From a virus: a stretch of DNA of 39,772 bases. The first letter of the stretch is position 1; each line of letters starts with the position of its first letter. The notes under the pieces are model-generated. The model did not search any database and was not told the origin of the DNA. It was given only the letters and a program-made list of their open reading frames with translations. Positions 20,580-34,000 of the stretch are shown here, piece by piece. The stretch lies in the IMG/VR virus record IMGVR_UViG_3300045988_162015; one strand, 5' to 3'. The translations under genes were made by a program, and so were the position numbers.

Positions 20580-23500
20580 TTATACTCTTGTTAAAGCTTC
20601 ATTTGTTGTAATCGACATATTTCCATTATAAGTTAAAGGAAGAGTATATTGAGTTATAACAAATTCCCCTTGTATATTACTTTTTCTATCATTTATATAA
20701 ATTAAATTATTAGGTTCTAAATAATATCTTGGCGCACAATTAATAGTAATAGTTAAATTATAAATTAAATACTAATATAACATTTCTCTTATATAATCAA
20801 ATGCCGTACTTCCTGTTCCGCTAGAACTAAATAATTTCATTTGCCCCGGTTTTAAAGCACAATAAGCCTAACCTTTTAATGTATAATCTTCTATCTTTTG
20901 AATTAAATCTGCTTCCCCAGTATTTTCAAAAAATATGATATCAGGCACTTCTAATTTATATAAAAGACTCATATTAGTTTTAGTCAATGCTTTAGTACGC
21001 CGGCCTATTTTATTAACTGAATATCTAGATACTAACTAATCTACATCAATAAAATCTAACCAATATGTTATTAAGCTAGGGTCAAGATAAATAGCAGGAT
21101 TCCATCCAATCCAAGTATCAGGTATGATTTCTTCATTTTGATTTTCTTCAGAAAAATTTTTTGATTCAATCTAATCAATTTGATTCCGCCATTCTTCATG
21201 CCAAGTTTCATTCTAAGGATTAAATATTTGTTTACGCCACAGATATTCACCATCTATTTTAGCTAATAATTCATCATCATAGTCTCCTTTCTGAGTGCCA
21301 TTTTCATTATTTAATAAAGCTTGTCTAAATAATTCTTCACGCCATTCATTACAAGGAGTACCAATTAAAGTAAAATAAAAATTATCTTCATAATCAAAAG
21401 GAGGTTCTTCAGGAGTATATGTAATAATTTTAATTTTATTATTATCATTAATAGTAGAAAAATCAAGAATATTAGAATTATAAGCTTTAGTAATTTCTTC
21501 AATAATTTCATTTAATGAATAATTACCATCATCACGTAAAATAAAAATTTTTTTTATTATATCTTCCTAATCACCTAAGATTTTTAACTAATCTTTTTTA
21601 CCATCTACTGGATCTAAGAATGGTAACAATAAATTACTTCCTCCCGATGTATTTCCATTTGATGTATTATCTTTATTATTATTCTCTTCATTGGGTTTTA
21701 ATGTAAAACCTGGATCTAAAATATCTAAAGGCATAATTCCATAATTTGGATCTCTAGGAGTAGGACCAGGTATATTATTATCTTCTGAATTGCCAGGTTT
21801 ATTTGACTCAGATGGATCATCTTTAGGAATTTCTTCCATATCTTTATAACTATAAATTAGTTCAATATCTGAAGTTAAATCATCTTTATTTGTTTTATAA
21901 TATTCTAATAATTTTTTAACTAAATCGTTATGTTCTTCTTCAGTAATAACAGTTTCATTATTTTTATTTTTTATTACTGGATAATTATTAGGAAATACAT
22001 AACTATATTCTATCTTCTTTTTAGATTCATTGTAACTAATTAATTTATAACTAGCAACAATAGTATTATTTATGGAAATTAAATTATTAGAATCAATAAA
22101 ACTAAAATCATAATCCTTATTTTTTTCATCAAAATTTATATCTTTAATAATTTTAATATAATAATTAATTTTAACAGTATTTAAAAAATTTTCTATATTT
22201 CTTAATGAAAGTTCTTCAGTTAATTCGTAAACCTAAATCCACTAACCTTCACTATCATAATAACCTAAAATATTTTTATTATCTATATTTTTTATTATAG
22301 TTAAATAATATTCTTTAGATTCATTAATCGTTGTATTATTATTATTATTATTATTATCATCAGACTTATCATTAGAAGAATTATTATTTTTATTTGCATT
22401 ATTTTCTTGATCTGCTGGTAACATAAAATCTGGATCTAACACTGTAGAACCTGGCTCTGGTACCATAAAACCTGGATCTAATTCTTTTGTATTAGATATT
22501 AACATAATGCCGTAATTTTCTAAATCTCCAGTCCCTTGGCCTTTACGCCACCAAGAGGCAGGAATACCAAAACCCGGATCTAATGTATCATCATCTTTAT
22601 AATTGTTATTTTTATTATTATTATTTTCATTAGAAGAATTATTATTACTTGGCCAACTATCAGTAGCATCTTTTTTAGGATAAACACCAAGAGCTAAATG
22701 AGTAAAGTCAATAATATCAGTTAAATCTTCAAGATATTGAAATCCTATAATTTCTTCATCTAATAAAGTAATTTTATAATATCTTATCTAATTTAAAAAT
22801 ATTATTTTATAATATAAAATAAACTAATCGCCAGTGTAAAAAGAATAATTCTTTAAAATATTTTCAATTATATCTTCTTTAATGTTAGATTCAATTACTT
22901 CATCCGCCATTTCTTCATGATTAACAGAATAAATAATTTCTAAAGCTTTTTTATCAGGTGTCTAATTATAATTACTTTTTTTATACTCAAATAAATAAAA
23001 AGCATGGTCACCATTACCTCGAACTACATCCCACATATATTGATTAGCTAAATCAATTTGAGGTTTTTCATCTATAGCTAAATGATACTATATAGTTTTA
23101 GTAACTCCATTACTATTAGTTTTATCGCCCCATACAATAAAATCATTTTTTATATTTTCATATTTAGGACTATTATAATAAGATAATGCATCTTTAGCAT
23201 TTGCAAAAGTATAATAATATTTACTATCTGAAAAAGCTTTTATATAATAAGTATCATTTATTTCTGTAATAGGAGTATAATAATAATTTAAATAATTCTT
23301 TTTCTACTAAAATACAAAATGACCATCTAAATCATAAAAATATTCATAATTTCCTAAAGATTCAATAATTTTATCAAGGACAGAAGTTACTGTGTCTCCC
23401 GCAGAAAATACTAATTCTCCTGGATAAGTAAAATCTGTTTCTTGATATCCTACGTCTTGTCCATAAATAAATTTATGCTATAAAAAATTTTCATCTTCAG

Positions 23501-24188
23501 GAGCGTTTTCACTAATTATAAAACTTTTATAATCTTTAGAAAACCATATAGGATTTTGGCCCATATATTTTGTACTAAGTTTAGCTGTCATATCTACATC
23601 ATTAATTATAACATTCTATTCTGGCTCTTTGCCAAAATGTGTTACACATTCTTTAATAATAGTAAATATAGGCACTTGCTCAATTGTAATATCTCCATTT
23701 TCATCTTCATATTGTGTCTCATGAAAGGTAACTGCTGAAGGTAATGTACCTCCACAAGTACCATCAAGCATACACATTTTATCCTTACCTGAAATAGAAA
23801 TATTTGCAGCAGAAGCTGTAGTAGAAGAAGTAGCTTGATTAATTACAAATGTTCCAAGAGGAAACCAAATAATATCTCCATAGTTTTTATAATCTTCAAA
23901 TGGATTTTCAAGTCCTACCTCTACTTTTACTTTTTTATTAATTGAAATTATATTTTCAATATTATTAATGTCATTTTCATTTTCTACACCGCTAATTGTT
24001 AGACTAATTGTGCGGCGCAAGGCGGCAGACCCATTAACTGTAATAGAGCCTGCCGTTGCTATACCCTATACTTCTCGTATGGGTTTTTCATCAACAAAAG
24101 ATAAAATGGTAAGTTTGATATAATGTTTTTTTATACGCATTTCATCTAATGCAGTTAAAAACTCACTATCTTTTAGATATTCTCTCAT
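20580..24188 (-). CDS. large virion structural protein (about 1200 aa) with Asn-rich linkers and at least 5 copies of an LDPGF motif.
   Basis: ORFs 23616..24020, 22242..22505 and 21588..21839 share a frame. A manual codon scan from 22242 to 20580 found only TAG interruptions. The ATG overlaps the upstream TGA (ATGA). TAA at 20580-20582. Confidence 0.7.
21690..22600 (-). repeat. interspersed protein-level repeats (T/E/V/I)LDPGF(G/M/T)(I/V/L)P, visible in the DNA as AAAACCTGGATCTAA-like units.
   Basis: Copies near 22571-22590, 22463-22480, 22427-22444 and 21706-21723. A related PLDPGFS lies in the neighbouring gene near 28150. Confidence 0.4.
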
Positions 24189-27100
24189 TCCGTTTTCTCC
24201 TATGATTCATCTTTTTCTTTCTACTTACCTTTTTTAACTTCCAAAGATGAAACAGATTTATAATTAACTATTGCATAAGTAGGTCTAACAAATTCTACTT
24301 TAACAATCTCATCTTTCAAAGGATTTAAAATTAATTTATTAGTAGGTCCAATACGTACATGAGTGCCAGGAGAACTAATATGATAATTACCAGTAGTTGC
24401 ATCAAGATCATACTCTCTATAAAAAACTAAATCTGTATTAGCATCTGCTTCAATTTCGATACTATCAATACCAGTAAAATTATATATAATTAATTGATCT
24501 GAACCATTCATCCAAGCATCAGTCTATTTATTTAAAGTTAATCCAGACAAAGGTCTATAATTTTCTAATAACTATGTACCAGTTATTAATAATTCTTCAA
24601 TAGACTCTGTATCATCTTTAACTCTATTTAAAAATTCATTTATATCATTATACAATAAATCAAAAGTAGATTCAAGTTTTTCATCACTATAATTATTTAA
24701 AATAGAAGTATGTACTTTTTCTTTTATTATATCCATTAAATTTAATGTAGAATATAATCCATAATTATATTTTTCATTAATTATCTAAGTATCATCATTT
24801 CTAAAGAACTAATGATTATCAAGAATATCTTGAGTATCAGTAAATACTCCACCAAGCTATCCCAATTGTGCAAATTCACGCTTAGCAACAGTCACCATTT
24901 CTAAGAAATCTTCTTCCTCTAAATCAACTATATAATTAATTAAAATAGGGCGAGTAAATTTTAAATACATACTATCAATAATGGCATCATCCAAATGATA
25001 AATACGACTGGGCATCATAGAAATTTCTTTACCATTTATTATCATAGTAATAATATTAGTCTAATTTTTTTCATATTCCTATAAAAGCTATTCACATCTT
25101 AATAATTCAACTGCATTAGTTAACTGACCTATCATAGTTGAACTAGTTTTATTTTTTAAATATTCTATTTTATTTTTAAGATTTAGTTTAGGATACTATT
25201 CTACCCAAATCGCTTTTATTCTTCTTACTCGATATTTTCTATCTTCACTTATTTCTTGCTCTTCTTGAAGTTTTATTGCGTTACAAATGTTATCATAAGT
25301 AAGATTAAATTTATTATTATCAACTATAGATAATTTATTATTAGTAATTTCCTGTGCACATTTTCCATTAAATGTTCGAGCTACTTGCCCAATAACTGTT
25401 TTAGTTTTTGTACTAGCATTCTAAATTGCTAATTTAGAATTATTAGACAAAGTAGTTAATGGATTTATCTAATATAAGATAATATTTTCTGGGGTACAAT
25501 CAGCTACTTCATAAGCTGTTGAATTAAAATCATAAATCATACGATATAAAGAAGCTTGAGGAGTCCAAGTAACATTAGTTAAAGTAACTATATGATTTCC
25601 TTCAGTTGGCGACTTAAATAGTTTATAACCACCATCATTTAAAAATTCTTCTACCCAATGTCTATATATACGTTCCATATATATATTATCATTAGTTGGA
25701 TTAGTATTAAATGTAGAAGCATTTTGAATATTATATTGTCTTATATTATAATCATTGTTATATGGATTCTATAAATCACGCTCAAAAGTTTTAATATATT
25801 TATCTTTTGAAATAACTATATCTCCATACCAACTATGATAATAACCACCTTTAGCATCATTACGCATTAAAAAAGAAGAATCAATATCACTTAATAAAGA
25901 AATTTTTGCACCCAACTAAAATTCTGCATAATGTGCCAATCCATTACGCAAAATAATCGGATATTTAGAATTCAAGCTATCTTGCTTTTGGAATAAAGTA
26001 GTATGCTTATAACTATTCATTTTGCAATCAAAATCTAAACGAACTTGAATACCATTATTATAAATATAACTATACTAAAAATTAGACCAATGTGCTGGTG
26101 ATGAATCAATATCATCACTTTCATATTTAGGGGCACTTCTTAATCCTACAGCATTCTATTTCTATAAAGCATATTTATATTTAACTCCGCTTTCAACTGT
26201 AAAATCTTCATATAATAAAGTTAATTTATCATCATAATTAGTTTCATTATACCAATCAAATTGAGCTATATCTTTCCATTGAGTATAATTATCAGTTTCA
26301 CAAGCTCTTGATAAAATAAAAGTACCATCAAGAGATTGATATTTTTCTACATCTATTTCACGTTCTACTTTTTCACCGGTAATAGTAGTAATGGTTATTT
26401 TTTCTTTTACTTCATAAGGATTATTTTTAATATAAATTTCTAAGCTGCCATTTTCATCAGCTCGCAAATTATGACTAAAATCTTCAATTGCTTTTATTCT
26501 AGTAATTTTACTTAATACATGAGTTTCTATATTATCTTCATTAATATTACCAGTTTGATAAATTATATCTCCCGCATTATACCCATCTGCGTCATCATAA
26601 TAACCTTTAATAAATTTAGGAGCCTATCCTTTTAATCCAAAATATTCCTTATACATCTAAAAAGCAACTTGATTTGCTCCGGCTATTTTATTTAATAATA
26701 TGGTAGATTCAGTATTATCTTTTACTGTAAATACTAAAGTCTATAACTATTTTAAATAATTTTCAGTAATAGTAAAATTATAATATTCAGAAGATTTTTG
26801 ATAATTATTCATTGTAATAACATCAAAAATCAATGAATACATTTTTGTTCCAGTCTAATCTAATTGTCTATTAAAACTATAAGAGACTAAAGCACTATAT
26901 TTATCTTTCCCTCCACCATTATACTATAGCCAATCACTCTATAAATATGGCTCAGAACTTGGAGGATTCTTTGAATTAAAACTGCCTTCATATAATCTAA
27001 AACGATATTTATCCAATGGTTCAGTATCGCTTTGATATCCTCCCTCAAATTTAGGGAAACGGCTAACTTCTATATTATTACTTGATATTAAAATAAATCC

Positions 27101-27613
27101 TACATCTAATGAAGAAGTATCTTTATTATTTAATATTTCTACAATTGGATCATCAATTGCTTTAGTAATTATAATATTAGACCATTCTGAAAAAGCTTCA
27201 GTTACAGTCTAAGATTTTTTCCATTTAAAAAATGAAATTTTATCTGTATAATCTATTTTCCCATAGCCAAAACGTATCTAAATTTTATAATAAGTATTAG
27301 AAACCCAACCTATTGTATCTCCTAATTTAATATCTGAACTATTTACAGTAACTGCATATATTCCATTATCAGTAGAGGTAGTTGGCTTTTCCATATAAAT
27401 AATACCATCCCAATATTTATCAGTATTAATTATACTTTTATTATTGGATTGCTATACAAATTTAATTGAAATATTCTTTACATCCTCATAATTTAATGAT
27501 TTAGGTAAAGAAAAATTTATATCAATAGAGGCCGCAGTTGCTAAAAATGCTGGTATTGAACTATCTACAATAGGCGGATATACTCTATTTATATTTATTG
27601 TGGACGCTGCCAT
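24185..27613 (-). CDS. large virion structural protein (about 1140 aa), possibly a Tal-like tail-associated protein.
   Basis: ORFs 26162..26467, 25469..25678, 24857..25045 and 24221..24511 share a frame. AGGAGG lies 7 nt upstream of ATG 27613. It ends at TGA 24185-24187 after 2 more TAG codons. Confidence 0.7.
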
Positions 27614-27689
27614 TTATTGACCTCCTTTAACTCTTATTTCTATTTATTTTTAAAAATTATATATTGTAAACATACTATTTTGGTCCAAA

Positions 27690-27720
27690 TAAAAAAAAAG
27701 AATGATGGATAAAAATCCAT
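27690..27720 (-). terminator. intrinsic terminator or attenuator within the late operon.
   Basis: On the - strand, TGATGGAT-TTTT-ATCCATCA followed by a T9 run. It sits directly after TGA 27720-27722. Confidence 0.5.
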
Positions 27721-30700
27721 CATTCTTCAATATACCAATCACGTAATTTTATATTTTTAGGAGCAATATAATCAGATAACTATTGTTTTAAATCAGCATT
27801 TGTAGCTATCTCATTTAGCAATTTAGCTACTGTTAAAATATTAGTCACACTTTCTTCTTTTAACTAAATAGAACCATCAACATTAAAACATAAAGCATCT
27901 CCTGCTAATTTTACAACTCCATCAGAACGCAAAATATTGGTAGGAATACCATCTATATCATATTGATATAATCCTGAAACAAACCCTGAACTATCTAATT
28001 CTTCCGCTGGTTCTTCTTCAGCTTCTAAACTTAATGTCTAAATTTCTAAATCTTTTCCTGGATCTTCGATAGGCAAGGTATATTTTCTACGTTTATTTTC
28101 CCACAAAGAACCTACATAAGTTTTACCTTCATCTCGTGCCCAAGGTCTACCATGAGAAAATCCTGGGTCAAGAGGTTTTTCAGATTCTACAGTATCTTCA
28201 TCAAGCACAGGTATATTAGTACCATCATTATCTTCATCTGTTATAATAGTAATATCTTTATTATTAAGCATTACTATTGGATAAAATAAACTGCCCTTAT
28301 TATCTGGTAAAAAAATCTATAACGCACCCATAGGAACAGTCTTTACTTGGTCAGTAGATTTAGCAAAATAAGCACCTGGATAATTTTCTTGCGGTCTAAG
28401 ATATTGCTATTTCACATTATCAGAATTAGTAGAATTAACTATAATTATATAATCAGTAAGAGACACTGGATTAGTAACCTATAATAAATCAATAAATTTT
28501 TTACCATCATATTTATACATAAAAGAAATCTATTTATTTATTAAAGAAGGAGTTCCCTTCTCATTATAAGTAATTTTAGAAGGTATATTAATATTACCAA
28601 TGCTATTAACTACAAAATCAGTACTAACCATTATAGGCTTGTAATAATATAAAGTCTAATTTGTAATAGCTTTATTTTCTAACCCTATAGTTACTTTAAA
28701 TTTTATAAAATACTAACCCTTACAATCTTCAACTGGATTTGAAATTTTAAATACATTTTTTTCTTTATTTACTTTTTCACAATTTAAATTGATAGGATCT
28801 GCTTCAACAGTTATTTTATATTTATCTGTGGCATTACCAACAGCATCCTAATAAGCAGAACCATTTATTATTTTATTACCATTATATCTTACTTCTGGCA
28901 TAAGATAAATTGGTTCATAATCAGACCCACTTTTTTTATTAATAGGTTTAGTGTCAAGTTCACTACCATCAGCATTGCAATCTTTAATAATTAATTGATA
29001 ATCTAAACCACTAACTGTTGAATCACCTGGCTTAATAAAAACAATACTTTTATTAAACTTAAATTCTTTATCAGCTAATGTTATTACTTTTAATGATAAG
29101 GTATTATTAGTATAAGTATCTACATATTTAGGTTTAATATAATAATGTAAAGCATTATTAGTTTTATCTATCCAAAGCTTTGAAAGCATTGAATTAGTAA
29201 TTTTAGTAGTAGGGTATTCTAAAAGTTCTCCTCCATCGGGTGAATACCAAGTAACACTTTTAACTCCTATATTTTCTTTATCTACGCTAATAGTTGGAGT
29301 AATAATTATTTCTTTATTAGCCTAATCTAAAGAAATACTACCATTGTCATCATACTAAAAAGTATCTGTCCCACTAAATACTACTCGCACAGGCGATTCT
29401 TGTTTATAAGTAATTAATTTGTATTCGCAAGGTACATAATTACCAGTATCTAATTTACTAACACTATAAAATATTACATTACCATATTCTAAAAACTAAC
29501 TTACATCAATCTAACTAACTCCAGTAGATAAAGGTAAATAAGATCCATCCATTAAATCAACATACCAATCTGCTTCATTAATAGTTTCTAATGAATCTAC
29601 AATAGATAATTTAACTTCATTTTCACTAATAAATTGTGGAATTATAGTAAATCGTTCATTATAATATTTAACTACTCTAACATCTTTATATAAAGTAACA
29701 TTAGAATTATATACTACTACTAATTTATATCGCATCTATTGATATACATCTTTACCTGAAATAGTTAATTCATTAAATCTTACATTAGGATTATCATTAA
29801 TACATTCCCACCCAGGGCCGCCTATCTAATCATATTTTTCACTACCAGATAGAACTGCCGGATTCTATTTATACCAATAACATTTGCAAGTTTTTTCTTC
29901 TAATATATTTTTATTGGCATAATAAAAAACACCTATTAATTTTATTTTATCAGTATCTTGAATTAATGATAAACCCTATGGCGCACTAATACCTACATAA
30001 TATAAATCTTTAGTAGAATCTTGGACATCAACAAAACTAAGTTTTACATTTTTGACAAAAAGATTAGGTTCTTTATCATAAACCGCAGTTATCTCACCTT
30101 TACCGTTAAAAACAGTATCATATCTTAAAAATCTTTCTTGAAAGAATGTAATTTTTTTTATGCCAATTAAATTAATTCCAGTTAAATCATAAATTACATA
30201 CTGCGGTGAAAATACCTCATAATCGTAAATACTACCAGAGAAATTTATAATATCTAATCTACGACTAAAAACAATACCTGTATCTTTTTCTACAAAATCA
30301 ACTTTTAATCCATAATTACCGGCCATCATTGTTCCATAAAACTATGTTCTAAAATCGGCCTAAATCATAATACGAGGATAAGTAGTTAATAAACTGGTAA
30401 AAATTACATCGTCAGTGAGATTATTATTTTCATAAATTACCTATTCATAATATTTACTTTTATCTTCTTCCTCTTCTATTGGTTCTTTATTATCTTTAAC
30501 CTAAGTATCAGTTGAAGTATCTTCTCCAATATCATCTGATGAATTATCTTCATTATCTTTTGGAGTTTCTTCTTCTTCCTTTTTAGGTTCTGGGGCATAA
30601 GCTAAGATACCATATTCGTTACCGTTACTATATATTTCACTTATTTCAACTACTTGCTAAGATAAATCACTATATTCTTCTTCGGTATAAGAAGTAGCAG

Positions 30701-31016
30701 ATGCTTTGCCTTCAATAGTTTTTTTCTAAGTAAAATCACCGCCTGGTACTTTTACATATACATTAGTTCCTTTAGAATATACATAAGTTAATGTAGCTGG
30801 GGCATAAGCACGAAATTTCCCTTTTTGATATTCAACAAAATACTCTCCAGTACTGGCATCGTTTAGACTTATAACTTCAGCAATTATAGTTTTATCAAAT
30901 GATAATTCAGCATCACGTGCCCGTGCTATATAATCTATAGTCTCTAATAAGGCATCTGTTATTTCTTTTGGCTTTTTTATAGTAGCTAAATATTCTTCTT
31001 TTCTATTATAAGCCAT
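27720..31016 (-). CDS. large virion structural protein (about 1098 aa), possibly an extended Dit-like distal tail protein. About 25 TAG codons.
   Basis: ORFs 30726..31016, 29976..30329, 29511..29735, 28848..29189 and 28038..28271 all share a frame, and only TAG codons separate them. RBS AAAGGAG. Confidence 0.7.
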
Positions 31017-31030
31017 ATTAACTCCTTTCT

Positions 31031-31065
31031 CTCCTCAAAAATGAGGAGGAAATTAATCCTCCTCA
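31031..31065 (-). promoter_or_regulatory. two overlapping alternative hairpins (CTCCTCA/TGAGGAG and GAGGAGG/CCTCCTC) between the tape measure stop and the next RBS. They could act as a partial terminator or a translational-coupling element.
   Basis: The stems involve SD-like GAGGAGG sequence, and an ATTTTT run follows on the - strand. Confidence 0.4.
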
Positions 31066-34000
31066 TTTAGATTTATTTGCACTTATATATTGAGCCGCAT
31101 TATTACTAAGATTAGACAATGCTTCTTCAATTTCATAATGATCAGTAACTCCTGGGAAGTCTGCTTGAATAGTAACTTCTTGCTTAATTGGCTAAGTTTC
31201 ATAAACAGGTGGAGTAGTTTTATCAATCAAATTACCTAATTTTATCTATCCAAAATTAATCATTGATTGTACTTGTTTATCAACCCAATCATTCATATTA
31301 CGAACAATATCAACTGCACGAAGTATATTAGAAGTATCTTTTTGGTTAAGAATTAATTCTTTAGGATGGACTTTAATAATTTTACCATTATCAAGTCCAA
31401 AGCCTTGTCCTTTAGCCCAATTACCAGTATAGGCACCAGAAGCAGCCCCATTTCCATTTAAAATATCATCTAACCATTTTTCATCTTTTTCGCTAGTAAT
31501 CTATTTCATTTCGTCTTTAGTCCAATAATCAGTGCTAGAATCATTCTTTAATTCTTGACCTTCATTACGCATATTATCTAATTTTTCATTACGGGCTGTA
31601 ACTACATCATCAATACTCGTCCAAACGTTACCATTTTTATCAACAACAGTACTTTCCCCATTCTTCATACGAATAGCAATAGCACTTAAATCAACACCAA
31701 CTAAATTTCTAGCACCACTTCCACCGCCACTACTGCCAAAATTACCATCAATATACTATTCATTCTTAGCTAACTCTTCATCAGTCCGCTTAGAATATTT
31801 CTATTCCCAATCAAGAACCATTCCAATAGACTAAGAAATATAGCCCATTAATACATTAACAAGCTCTTCAATTTCATCACATAATTTTTGAATATGTTCT
31901 TCAAGACTATCAAGAGTACCGCCCATATCAGAACCAAAGTTTTCCCAAGATGTACCAGCAACGTTCATTGCTGCTTCAACAACTTTTTGCCAATCTTTAT
32001 AATTGGTTTGTAATTCACTAATTGTAGTATTAGAATTATTAACAAATAACATATAAGCATCATTATAATCATACAAATCAGTCATTTGGCCGTAGAGAGT
32101 ATCATGGAATGTTAATCCACTATTTACAACACCTTTATTTAATTCATCAAGTAAATATCTTTGTCTTTCAACATAATATTCTTGCAATGATAATAGCTAA
32201 TTTGAATAATCCGCAGAGTTTTTATCAAGATCTTGTAAGGCTTCTTTAAAATCAATTTGATTCTAAATTAACTATTCACTTACATCATTAATATAATCCT
32301 TACTTAACTTACCTAATTCATGAACCGCATCTTCATATTTCTATGTAGCGTCTTCAATTTTTTCTTCATCTGCATCATAAGCATAAGTCCAATTACCTGC
32401 GGCATCACGTACTAAACGCATTGAAGTTTTTGAATTTTGTTGCTCCATAAGAGCTATTTCAGCAAGTTGTAAGTCATATTTCTTCTATAAATACTCAAGG
32501 TCATATTGGCTCATCTAGACGCCATCGGCCTGAAGATCGTGAATCTCTTGCTAAATGTCTCTAAGTTTTTGTTTAGCTAAAAGGTCATTAGTATCAGCTA
32601 GCTATAAATTTAGCTAACGATTTAATTTATTTAATTCATATAAGCGTTCGGCATCATCAAGATATTCTTCATTAATAGTTTTTGCTTTTTCGTATTTATC
32701 TTGGAAATCTTCAAGAGTCTCAAATGGTGATAATGCATTACTTAATACATTAACGGCCATTTCAACACGCATTTCAAATAAATCTTGAGCAGCTTCAAGT
32801 GTTTCTTCCCAAGAAGCTAAAAATTCATCAGAAGCTTTTTCAGTTTCTTGTTTTAATACTTCAACTTGATTCTCCCAGAATTTAACAGAAGATGTATCAC
32901 CATCAGCCTGACGATCAGCGAGAGCGGCCTAAGCCTCTTTAGTTGCTTTAGCTAAACCATCCATTTGTGCTTTTAAAGATTTCATTTTACCTAACATTGT
33001 TTCTACTTTAGTAGCACCAATCTAAGTTTTTAATCCCATATCAAGCATTGAGCGACCAGACAAATCAATAATATTATTGAGATGATCAAGCATTGATGTA
33101 TAAGTATCAAGACGTTCTATCTACTTATCAATTTCATCAAGGGCTAAGTCTAGAACATTCTAAACTAAATCTTCAATATCATTACGCAAGTCTAGAATAG
33201 CTTCATTAACATCTATCAAATCACTTTGATATTCAAGTATCTATTCATCGAACATTTGTTCATAACCTGGATACTTAGCTTTCGCGGCGTTCAACTAATC
33301 AATACCCTAACGTAATGTAGCACCTTTATCAAAGAGCTATAACATTTCTTGCTCTTGGTAAGCAAATCCTTCAAGCATTGCTTCAATAGTTTGTTTATTA
33401 CCATGAGCCTATTTAAGAAGTTTTTCTTGATAATAATTAAGACGTTTAATCTAATAATCAATCTATTTAACTTTCCAATCAATAGCTTTTGTAATGGCTT
33501 CGAGTTCAAGTTCAGCAGCTTCTTTTTCTTTCTGAGCGATAAGAGCAACATTTTCATCAATATTCTATTGAATACCCATAGGACCATCAAGGCTATCTTT
33601 AATTTTAGTAAACCATTCATTTAAGTCTTCTTCGCTCATACCATCTTCAAGATTTTTTTGATACTAAGCCCAAACTTTACCCCATAGCTCAGAAGCATTA
33701 GCAATTTCACCATCATCAGTAAGCTTTATTTCAAATTCTGGATTTTCTTTGTTAAATTCTTCTACTTTAAGTTTTAATAACTTTTTCCAAGATTTAATCT
33801 AATCTTCAAGAATATCTTGCTCTTCTTTTAATAATTTTATTTCCTCTTGGATATATTTAGCAGAGTCTTCAGGATTAGCTCCATCACGTAAAGCTTCAAG
33901 ACGATCACGTTTCTTTTCTTTAGTTTTCAATAATTCATCTTGAATTTCTTTACCAATATCATTGGCAGATTTAGATTCAGAGCCGCCGCCTCCGCCTCCA

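Noticed and set aside
21071-21253. ORF 21071..21253 (-), 60 aa.
   Set aside because: It sits in a different frame from the continuous 3.6-kb gene covering the region. The true frame was traced codon by codon through this interval.
28000-28040. An apparent +1 frameshift near 28017 in the 27720-31016 gene.
   Set aside because: It came from my own mis-split of a sequence row. On re-reading, the frame is continuous through this point.
33291-33624. ORF-track ORFs 33291..33620 (-) and 33349..33624 (+), which encode Lys/Leu/Phe-rich low-complexity peptides.
   Set aside because: Both lie entirely within, and out of frame with or antisense to, the tape measure reading frame. They are AT-rich-sequence artefacts.
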